This document shows positions 56,825 to 64,000 of a stretch of 64,000 nt of DNA, in pieces. The stretch covers positions 511-64,510 of the forward strand of contig JADFUW010000011.1 of NCBI GenBank assembly GCA_015222205.1, written 5' to 3'. Every line of letters begins with the position of its first letter. Position 1 is the first letter of the stretch. The stretch comes from Chloroflexota bacterium (GTDB lineage: Bacteria > Chloroflexota > Dehalococcoidia > Dehalococcoidales > UBA5760). The notes under the pieces are model-generated. The model was not told where the DNA came from, did no database searches, and saw only the letters and a program-made list of their open reading frames with translations. Position numbers and translations under genes: made by a program.

Positions 56825-58228
56825 TTAACTCTTCTCCGAGTACTTGGGGAGATACTTTTTAATTAGCGCCTCACTGATTAGTTTCAGGTCCTCCTCAGGT
56901 AAGGCTGAGAATAGCTCCCAACCGATGTCTAAGGTCTTCTCCACCTTTCTTTTCTCAAGCTCGCCCTGCGATATAAATTCCCTTTCAAATCTATCAGCAT
57001 TTGTCAGGTATACTTTGTCCCTCTCGCCCAATGCCTCAGCCCCGATAATAGTTGATATTTCCCTAAGGTTACAACCCTCAGCATAGGCAGCATAGAGCTG
57101 CATGAAGACATTGTTGTGGTCATCCCTGGTTTTGTCCGGCCCAATACCCTCTTTCATCATTCGGGAAAGTGACAGAAAAACATCTATTGGCGGGTATATC
57201 CCCTTTCTTTCCAGCTCCCGGGAAAGAACAACCTGACCCTCTGTTATGTAGCCGGTCAGGTCAGGTATCGGATGTGTGATGTCATCATCAGGCATGGTCA
57301 GGATGGGCATGATAGTCATAGAACCCTCTTGTCCCAGAATTCGTCCCGCCCGCTCATACATTGTCGCCAGGTCAGTATACATATACCCCGGATAGCCTCT
57401 TCGCGATGGTATCTCCTCCCGCATTGCCGAGAGTTCACGAAGAGCCTCACAATAATTGGTCATGTCGGTAAGGATAACTAACACGTGCATGCCTTGCTTC
57501 CAGGCCAAGTACTCACCCGCCGTCAGGGCTAACCTGGGTGTTGATATTCGCTCGATAACCGGGTCGGAGGCGGTGTTGATAAAGGCTACGGTTCTCCCCC
57601 GGGCGCCGGTCTGCTCCAGACCCTTCATAAAAAAGGCGGCATCGTCGTAGCTAATCCCAATAGCGGCAAACACAATGGCAAACTGCTCTTCTTTCCCCTT
57701 AACTGAAGCCTGCCTGATTATCTGCGCCGCAATTCGGTTGTGAGGTAGTCCAGAGCCACTGAATATGGGTAGTTTCTGCCCCCTGACCAGGGCATTCAGT
57801 CCGTCTATCGCCGAGATACCAGTTTCAATAAATTCAGCGGGAGGCTCACGACCAGCCGGATTGATGAGTCCGCCACTAACATCCAGATAATCTTCCGGGA
57901 TTACCGATGGACCCCCATCTATCGGCTCGCCCATCCCGTTGAATATCCTGCCCATGATGTCCCTGGATACCGCTAACTTCAGGGTCTCACCCTTGCACCT
58001 CACCCTGCTGCCGACCAGGTCTACTTCGCTAACCCCGCCAAACACCTGAACTATAGTTAGTTCCTTACTGATGTCTATTGCCTGGCCGCGCTTCACCTCG
58101 CCATTAGAGAGCCAAACATCGACTATCTCGCCATATTTTATATCGGGTATGCTTTGGGCAACCAGCAAAGAACCTTTAGTTCGGCTAATGGCTTGCGTTT
58201 CTTTTATATAGAGTGAAGATGAACTCAT
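56825..58228 (-). CDS. atpB: A/V-type ATP synthase subunit B
   Basis: I chose the start [10 protein letters not shown] (ATGA overlap with the atpA stop). [39 protein letters not shown]. Confidence 0.95.
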   Translation of the reverse strand: MSSSSLYIKETQAISRTKGSLLVAQSIPDIKYGEIVDVWLSNGEVKRGQAIDISKELTIVQVFGGVSEVDLVGSRVRCKGETLKLAVSRDIMGRIFNGMGEPIDGGPSVIPEDYLDVSGGLINPAGREPPAEFIETGISAIDGLNALVRGQKLPIFSGSGLPHNRIAAQIIRQASVKGKEEQFAIVFAAIGISYDDAAFFMKGLEQTGARGRTVAFINTASDPVIERISTPRLALTAGEYLAWKQGMHVLVILTDMTNYCEALRELSAMREEIPSRRGYPGYMYTDLATMYERAGRILGQEGSMTIMPILTMPDDDITHPIPDLTGYITEGQVVLSRELERKGIYPPIDVFLSLSRMMKEGIGPDKTRDDHNNVFMQLYAAYAEGCNLREISTIIGAEALGERDKVYLTNADRFEREFISQGELEKRKVEKTLDIGWELFSALPEEDLKLISEALIKKYLPKYSEKS

Positions 58229-59976
58229 AAGGCGCCTCCTCTCTGGGTAACCAAGCCCGTTTCCATCTCCGACCACAACTCTTTAATCCTCTCGGGAGCA
58301 GCATCATTGGGTATATCCTTCATTCTGGATATTCGCGGCACTATTGGAGATGAGCGGATATCGGCCACCGTTACTCCTGAATCCAACATCTTCTGAGCCA
58401 ACTCATAAAACCTGATTATTGTCTTGAGCATCAGCTGTGATTTGGCAGGCAGGCAGTAGGTATCAACATCATGGTAGGCACTCTGCATCAGAAAATCTTC
58501 GCGTATCATCCTGGTTACCAAAAGTACCAGCTTGTCCCCTTCGGGGAGGGCCTCAGGACCTACCAGTCTGACAATCTCCTCCAGCTCAGCCTCTTGTTGA
58601 AGAAGCTTCAAGGCAGTAGCTCGGGTATCATCCCATTCCGGACTGACTTCAGACCACCAGTCTCTAACCCCATCAACATAAAGGCTATAACTGGTGAGCC
58701 AATTTATGGCCGGAAAATGCCTTTTGTTAGCCAGCGCCGTATCCAGGGCATAAAAGGCGTCTACGATTCGGAGTGTATTTTGAGTTACCGGCTCACTAAA
58801 ATCAGCCCCCGGAGGGCTGACTGCCCCGGCTAATGTTACTGAACCCTGTCTCTGCGGCCTACCCAGACACTCCACCAACCCCGCCCTCTCGTAAAACGAA
58901 GAAAGCCGTGAGCCCAGATAAGCAGGAAAACCCTCCTCACCGGGTATCTCTTCCAGCCGGCCACCAATCTCCCTCATAGCTTCCGCCCACCTTGAGGTTG
59001 AGTCAGCCACCAACATAACATCGTAACCCATATCCCGGAAGTATTCCGCCAGGGTAATGCCAACAAAGATGCTGGCTTCACGAGCCACCACCGGCATATT
59101 GGAGGTATTGGCGATAAATATCTCTTTCTCCTGTAGTAACTGGCCGGAGGTTGGTTCTTTGAGCCTTCTAAAGCTATAAAGCACATCAGCCATCTCATTG
59201 CCTCTCTCGCCACAGCCAACATAAATGTTTAGCTGTGTCTGAGCCCATCGGGCAAGCTGCTGCAGTGCCACCGTCTTTCCGGTACCAAAGCCACCGGGTA
59301 TAGCCGCTTTACCGCCAAGGGCTAGTGGAAACATATAGTCTAGAATTCTCATGCCGGTAACCAGCAATCTTGAGGGGGCAAACCTCTGCTTATAGGGCCT
59401 GGGCTTTCTCACCGGCCATTTCTGCATCATAGTAAGCCCTTTTACTTCGCCGTTGTCCTCTAAGCGGGCTACCGGTTCCTCAACAGTATACTCGCCGCCA
59501 TATATCTCCTTTATCACGCCCTTCATACCCATCGGCACCATTACCCGGTGCTCAACAAGGTGGGTCTCGGGCACAGTACCTATTATGTCACCTTCACTAA
59601 CCCTGTCTCCAACCTTAGCCGTAGGTGTGAATGACCATTTTTTGTCACGCGGTAGTGAAAATGCTTTAGCCCCCCGTGTCAGAAATGAGCCCTTCTCCAT
59701 CAAAACAGTCAGGGATTTCTGCAGCCCGTCATAGATGGAACCAACAACCCCGGGACCTAACTCGGCAGTTAGAATCGCCCCTGTCCCTCTAATCGTCTCC
59801 CCGACTTTCAGCTCCAGGGTATCCTCATGCGCCTGGATTATCGCCTTATCCTCCTCCAGACCTATTACCTCACCGACCAGACCCTCACTGCCTATCTCAA
59901 CAATCTCATAAACCTTAGCCCCTCTCATATCCTCGCCGATAACGACCGGACCTGAGATGCGCCATATTTTTCCCAT
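58225..59976 (-). CDS. atpA: A/V-type ATP synthase catalytic subunit A
   Basis: Walker [33 protein letters not shown], plus the A-subunit-specific insert. Confidence 0.95.
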   Translation of the reverse strand: MGKIWRISGPVVIGEDMRGAKVYEIVEIGSEGLVGEVIGLEEDKAIIQAHEDTLELKVGETIRGTGAILTAELGPGVVGSIYDGLQKSLTVLMEKGSFLTRGAKAFSLPRDKKWSFTPTAKVGDRVSEGDIIGTVPETHLVEHRVMVPMGMKGVIKEIYGGEYTVEEPVARLEDNGEVKGLTMMQKWPVRKPRPYKQRFAPSRLLVTGMRILDYMFPLALGGKAAIPGGFGTGKTVALQQLARWAQTQLNIYVGCGERGNEMADVLYSFRRLKEPTSGQLLQEKEIFIANTSNMPVVAREASIFVGITLAEYFRDMGYDVMLVADSTSRWAEAMREIGGRLEEIPGEEGFPAYLGSRLSSFYERAGLVECLGRPQRQGSVTLAGAVSPPGADFSEPVTQNTLRIVDAFYALDTALANKRHFPAINWLTSYSLYVDGVRDWWSEVSPEWDDTRATALKLLQQEAELEEIVRLVGPEALPEGDKLVLLVTRMIREDFLMQSAYHDVDTYCLPAKSQLMLKTIIRFYELAQKMLDSGVTVADIRSSPIVPRISRMKDIPNDAAPERIKELWSEMETGLVTQRGGAL

Positions 59977-60000
59977 ATCTTGCCACCTCCGTAAGCACTC

Positions 60001-60354
60001 TTAGATTTCTATATCAAAGCCGATAAATTTCCTGATATAAGCCTTGTAATACTGAGAAACATCATCGTAGCGCGTGCCATACTTTGATGGCACCTCAATG
60101 ATTATCGGGGGCGAAGCCCTCTTCTCTTTAACTTGAGCTACCAAATCTTCAATATATCTCATATAGTCTTCTAATATCACTATTATGCCGATGTCCGGCT
60201 CATCTATTACCTCGGTTAGCGCCTGCCTGACCTCTCCACTGATGTCATGGTCGCCCGTTATCATACGGTAGCAATGCACACCGGCCAGCCTCAGTCCGTT
60301 GACCAAGTCTTCATCCCCGATAACAGCTATGTCCAAATGCTTGATATTTATCAT
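60001..60354 (-). CDS. atpF: A/V-type ATP synthase subunit F
   Basis: 117 aa. IAVIGDEDLVNGLRLAGV. Confidence 0.85.
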   Translation of the reverse strand: MINIKHLDIAVIGDEDLVNGLRLAGVHCYRMITGDHDISGEVRQALTEVIDEPDIGIIVILEDYMRYIEDLVAQVKEKRASPPIIIEVPSKYGTRYDDVSQYYKAYIRKFIGFDIEI

Positions 60355-61388
60355 GATGAGAACAGCAGATACCCCTCTATTTCGCTCACTGGTATCTTAT
60401 CAAATATGGCCTTTAGTACCAGCCTCAGGTTTTTTATTTCAACCTCCTTAATGATTAGATACCAGGCTATCACCAAAGGGGTCATTACCCTCGGCGACAA
60501 CATCTCCCTGAGTAACCGGAACCTGTGTTTGTCAATGACTTCCTCTACAACAATAATACTCTTCGTTCTATCATAACTAGCTACTACTTCCTCAGCTATA
60601 TCCCGATATTGAGTACCAGCTAATATGCTAGGGATATCGGCCAATTTATGTGATATCAAGTCTGTGGCCACTTTGTCAGGAATCATATACCCGCCACTGA
60701 TGATAAATTCTTCGGCTTGAGAGCCTGTGCCCTCAATGATAGCCCTACTTATAAGTTGTAAATTCGCCATATCCATGATTACGCCAGAGGCTTTAGCCAG
60801 TAATGAGCCATCATTAATATCTTTAGACAGGTTCAGTAAACCTTGATAATACTCCCGGTCTAATTTAGCCTCGGTCAGGAATTTTGCCTTTGCCTCTCCG
60901 GCGACATATTCCTCAAGGATAGAGGCACAGGCCCCTAAATTGCATTCAATCAGTATCTTTATAACATCGCCAACGTCTGCCGCATTGGAAAGCTCACCCA
61001 ACAATCCACGAGTGTGAATAATCCCCACCGGTATCATGTTAGCCTTCTTACCTGCTGAGATACCCTGTAAAGCAGCTTTGATATTTATGACATCATACTT
61101 CACTCGGTATGCGTTCAATATCTCATGCATGTCAGCCGGCATTAGCTTTAAGCATTCCAGCCACTCAAGACACTCACCAAAATACTGCCACAAATACTTA
61201 TCTGAATCATCAAAAGTTTTAATAGGCTCCTCTGCAAGGTATCTGCCTATATCAGTGTCTTTAACAATCTCCAATATATCCAGCACGGTGGATACCCTTG
61301 ATATCCTATTTATATGGTCAGAGGTTATAATTTTAGCCTCAGCCCCCTTTAGGTAGGCTGAGATAAAAGCACATTCCGCATCAGGCAA
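60351..61388 (-). CDS. atpC: A/V-type ATP synthase subunit C (V-type d homolog)
   Basis: 345-aa all-helical protein between E and F. YLKGAEAKIIT... and ...IKNLRLVLKA patterns. Confidence 0.8.
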   Translation of the reverse strand: MPDAECAFISAYLKGAEAKIITSDHINRISRVSTVLDILEIVKDTDIGRYLAEEPIKTFDDSDKYLWQYFGECLEWLECLKLMPADMHEILNAYRVKYDVINIKAALQGISAGKKANMIPVGIIHTRGLLGELSNAADVGDVIKILIECNLGACASILEEYVAGEAKAKFLTEAKLDREYYQGLLNLSKDINDGSLLAKASGVIMDMANLQLISRAIIEGTGSQAEEFIISGGYMIPDKVATDLISHKLADIPSILAGTQYRDIAEEVVASYDRTKSIIVVEEVIDKHRFRLLREMLSPRVMTPLVIAWYLIIKEVEIKNLRLVLKAIFDKIPVSEIEGYLLFSS

Positions 61389-61397
61389 AGCTAGCTC

Positions 61398-61988
61398 CTA
61401 TAAACCCTTAAAGAGTTCCCTACCTATTTCAGGTAGTAATCTGGGTAGTAACATTTCCAGCCTAGTCTCATAGGTATTATCTACTCTGATTCTTCCATTA
61501 ATATCCTCAACTATAACTCCTCCGGCGCAATCATACTCCTTGATTTCCACAATCTTACCAGTTAATCCCTTATCACCCTCCAGAAGCTTTGGTACCATGC
61601 TTACATCTTTAGGTGAAACATAAACCCGTCCCTCACTAATACCAAGTGTAGCCGCAGCTTCCTTAATCAGACCCATAAGCAAGTTTTTATCACTTGAAGT
61701 TTCTAACAACCTCTTTTTTACACTGCCGATTAGCTCATCAATTACATCAGCCTTAGCCCGCGATAACTCCTGGCGTGCTTTCACTAAAGCCTGAGCCTCT
61801 ATTCGGGCAGCCTCTTCCCTGGTTTGCTGAAGAATCTTACCCTTCTCCTCTTCCAACCTGGCTACCCGCTGTTTTTTAGCCTGCTCAACTTCTTTCCCAG
61901 CCTTATCCTCAGCCTGCTTTATTATAGTTTCTGCCTCGGCCCTTACTTTATCTAAAACAGCTTCGCTTATTTTCTCCATTCCTATCAT
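61398..61988 (-). CDS. atpE: A/V-type ATP synthase subunit E (peripheral stalk)
   Basis: 196 aa. Long charged N-terminal helix (AEAETIIKQAEDKAGKEVEQAKKQ) and a globular C-terminus. Confidence 0.85.
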   Translation of the reverse strand: MIGMEKISEAVLDKVRAEAETIIKQAEDKAGKEVEQAKKQRVARLEEEKGKILQQTREEAARIEAQALVKARQELSRAKADVIDELIGSVKKRLLETSSDKNLLMGLIKEAAATLGISEGRVYVSPKDVSMVPKLLEGDKGLTGKIVEIKEYDCAGGVIVEDINGRIRVDNTYETRLEMLLPRLLPEIGRELFKGL

Positions 61989-62001
61989 AAGATACCCCTC
62001 A

Positions 62002-62472
62002 TTACATAAGTCCTAGCATGCTTAGTGCCATTATAGTAAACACTAGTCCCAGAACACCTATGAGTTCAACAAACACCGCTAGCATCATGGAGTTGGTTAA
62101 TATCGCCCCTTTTGTCTTGGGCAAGAGCGAGATACCTGAAGCACACACGGAACCCTGGTAGGCTCCCGACCAAAGTTCGGCAGAGGCAGCAATAATCCCG
62201 CAGGCAAACACAGCAAAACCGCCGCCGCCTTCTGGGGGCAAATTAGGAACTACTGACGTTATAATCAGTATCAATATGATGAGCCCATAAAAGGTTTGTG
62301 TCATTGGTAAAGATGACAATACAATGACATTTCTAAGTTGCCCTGGTGCCTCAACCAGTGTAGCCACTCCATTGGAGGCAGCTCTAGCAATTCCTATCGC
62401 TGAGCCAGCTAAACCACCAGCTAAAGCTATGGCTCCTCCTAGAACTGCCAGAGATTCCGGACTGATTATCAT
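62002..62472 (-). CDS. atpK: A/V-type ATP synthase proteolipid subunit K, copy 1 (double hairpin, 4 TM)
   Basis: 156 aa, colinear with Enterococcus hirae NtpK. SLPMTQTFYG, AYQGSVCASG, AVFVELIGVLG. Confidence 0.9.
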   Translation of the reverse strand: MIISPESLAVLGGAIALAGGLAGSAIGIARAASNGVATLVEAPGQLRNVIVLSSLPMTQTFYGLIILILIITSVVPNLPPEGGGGFAVFACGIIAASAELWSGAYQGSVCASGISLLPKTKGAILTNSMMLAVFVELIGVLGLVFTIMALSMLGLM

Positions 62473-62554
62473 CCTGCTATTCCCCCTTTTCTTAGATTTT
62501 CTAAAATCATGCTACTTATTAAAAATAGTTGCTCTGGTTTCACCAAGCCCTAGC

Positions 62555-63025
62555 TCACATAAGAGATAGCATGCTTAGTGCCATTATAGTAAATACCAAC
62601 CCGAGTACACTGATAAGTTCAACAAACACCGCCAGCATTATGGAGTTGGTTAATATCCGCCCCCTTGTCTTGGGTAAAAAGGCAATACCTGAAGCACATA
62701 CATTTCCCTTCCATGCCCCTGAGATAGCAAATGCTAAGGCGGCAACAACACTGCAAGCAAGCACAGCAAAACCACTGCCACCCTCTGAGGGCAAATTAGG
62801 AACTACTGATGTTAAAATCAGTACCAATACTATAAGCCCATAGAAGGTTTGCGACATTGGTATAGATGCTAATATTATTATATTCCTGAGCTGCCTGGAA
62901 TCCTGAGATAGTATAGCTGTCCCGGCTGAAGCAGCAATGGAGATGCCAATTGCTGAGCCAGTTACCCCACCAGCTAGCGCTATCCCCCCCCCAAGAGTAG
63001 CTATAGATGCCGGGTCAGTTAGCAT
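62555..63025 (-). CDS. atpK: A/V-type ATP synthase proteolipid subunit K, copy 2 (paralog)
   Basis: 156 aa. SIPMSQTFYG, AWKGNVCASG, AVFVELISVLG. The C-terminal third is nearly identical to copy 1. Confidence 0.9.
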   Translation of the reverse strand: MLTDPASIATLGGGIALAGGVTGSAIGISIAASAGTAILSQDSRQLRNIIILASIPMSQTFYGLIVLVLILTSVVPNLPSEGGSGFAVLACSVVAALAFAISGAWKGNVCASGIAFLPKTRGRILTNSIMLAVFVELISVLGLVFTIMALSMLSLM

Positions 63026-63041
63026 CCTTCTACACCCCTTC

Positions 63042-64000
63042 TCAAGATTTTACCCCGGTAACTACAGGTACGCGAGCCCTCAACCGAAATGGACTGTACT
63101 CCCTGCCACCACCTTCATAGAACTTAAACAGGAACTCAACAAAGCATAGTCTAAGGGAATGTATAAAGCAAGCTAGAGCAGCAAGAAGCATGTTAACAAA
63201 ATGACCAAAAATTAGGATGGCAACGGCTATAATACCACCAGCGACAGCACCAAAGAGAGGGAGGCTAGGTAACCACTGCGCCATCATATTAAAGACTGAC
63301 GCTAGATAAAATGTGGCTAAACCCACCCCAGCTAATCTGCAATATGACATAATATCGCCCAAAAGCCCGGTTAGGTCAAAAATCCAAAAGATGCCCCCCA
63401 AAAAAACACCCTTCTGCATTATGGAAGAAGCAACGACTAACACTATACCCGCCAGTAAAATATATCCCATAATAGAATATATTTGTGCGTTTAACAGTGG
63501 AATATCAACACGGAGTATGCTATGAATAATGACAGGTATCCCACAAATTTGGAGGGCGAATATCCCGATTTTGTTAGGCACTACCCCCTTTTGCCTCTCC
63601 TTTATTCCCCTAATGAGTGCCAACACATGACCTATGTTTACATGAATCAAACCTATGAGTAACGAGAACAATATGAATAACATGGGGTTCCCAAGTACTC
63701 TTTCAACCCCTGAGGAAAGCGCTAAACTCTCAATTCCAAAGAATTCATAAAAATTCCCCAAATAGGTCCCAGTAAGTAAGCCACTAACTAAACCAACACT
63801 GCTACTTATGTAAAGTATCCTCTGAAATAACCTAAAGCCTTCAGATTCCGGATCATCAACAAGTCTAGACAGGAAAAATCTCGTGCCCAGTATAATACCC
63901 GCAGCATAAACTACATCAGACAGCATAAGACCAAAGAAAAAGGCAAATGAGTAAGCTATTATAGGTGTGGGGTCCCATTCTCTATATCTGGGGATAGCAA
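63042..64000 (-). CDS. atpI: A/V-type ATP synthase subunit I (a-subunit homolog), C-terminal part; the gene continues beyond the window
   Basis: The frame stays open upstream of the track's Met to base 64000 (...IPRYREWDPTPIIAYSFAFFFGLMLSDVVYAAG...). Polytopic C-terminal half with conserved LRL..VEF. Confidence 0.9.
   Translation of the reverse strand, partial: AIPRYREWDPTPIIAYSFAFFFGLMLSDVVYAAGIILGTRFFLSRLVDDPESEGFRLFQRILYISSSVGLVSGLLTGTYLGNFYEFFGIESLALSSGVERVLGNPMLFILFSLLIGLIHVNIGHVLALIRGIKERQKGVVPNKIGIFALQICGIPVIIHSILRVDIPLLNAQIYSIMGYILLAGIVLVVASSIMQKGVFLGGIFWIFDLTGLLGDIMSYCRLAGVGLATFYLASVFNMMAQWLPSLPLFGAVAGGIIAVAILIFGHFVNMLLAALACFIHSLRLCFVEFLFKFYEGGGREYSPFRLRARVPVVTGVKS

Overview
Densely coding bacterial chromosomal window. 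Gene content suggests an anaerobic Chloroflexota/Dehalococcoidia-like organism: a 168-aa EF-Ts, rpsB-tsf-pyrH-frr-uppS-cdsA-dxr-rseP-ispG synteny, and hydrogenase plus PFOR metabolism. This taxonomic placement is an inference. From left to right the window contains: (1) the ychF 3' end. (2) A large [NiFe] hydrogenase locus: Mvh-type small and large subunits, an NfnB/GltD-like flavoprotein, Nfu and IscU scaffolds, a maturation protease, MvhD, a double ferredoxin-MvhD fusion and a MetV-like protein, followed by hypFCDEAB. (3) A 41-nt tRNA-Asn 3' fragment. (4) gcvH-PA-PB behind a tandem glycine riboswitch, divergent from lipBA. (5) A five-PAS histidine kinase with three receiver proteins, one of them REC-HD-GYP. 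(6) A six-tRNA cluster. (7) A COG1900 homocysteine-synthesis gene. (8) An ECF transporter preceded by secreted toroid/DUF4430 (transcobalamin-like) proteins. (9) The intact tRNA-Asn. (10) The rpsB..ispG housekeeping block. (11) Small membrane paralogs and a 59-aa tautomerase gene missing from the ORF track. (12) A transaldolase-dhaLK unit. (13) A long minus-strand energy block: an archaeal-order A/V-type ATPase with two K genes and a DUF61 tail gene, then tandem promoter repeats, tRNA-Arg, porGDAB fused to NuoE/NuoF/ferredoxin genes, and tRNA-Pro. I found no transposase, integrase, CRISPR array or rRNA. The candidates I rank highest for novelty are the ECF/transcobalamin-like locus, the non-canonical Mvh hydrogenase module and the PFOR-NuoEF operon. 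All family assignments come from motif recognition by eye, not from searches.
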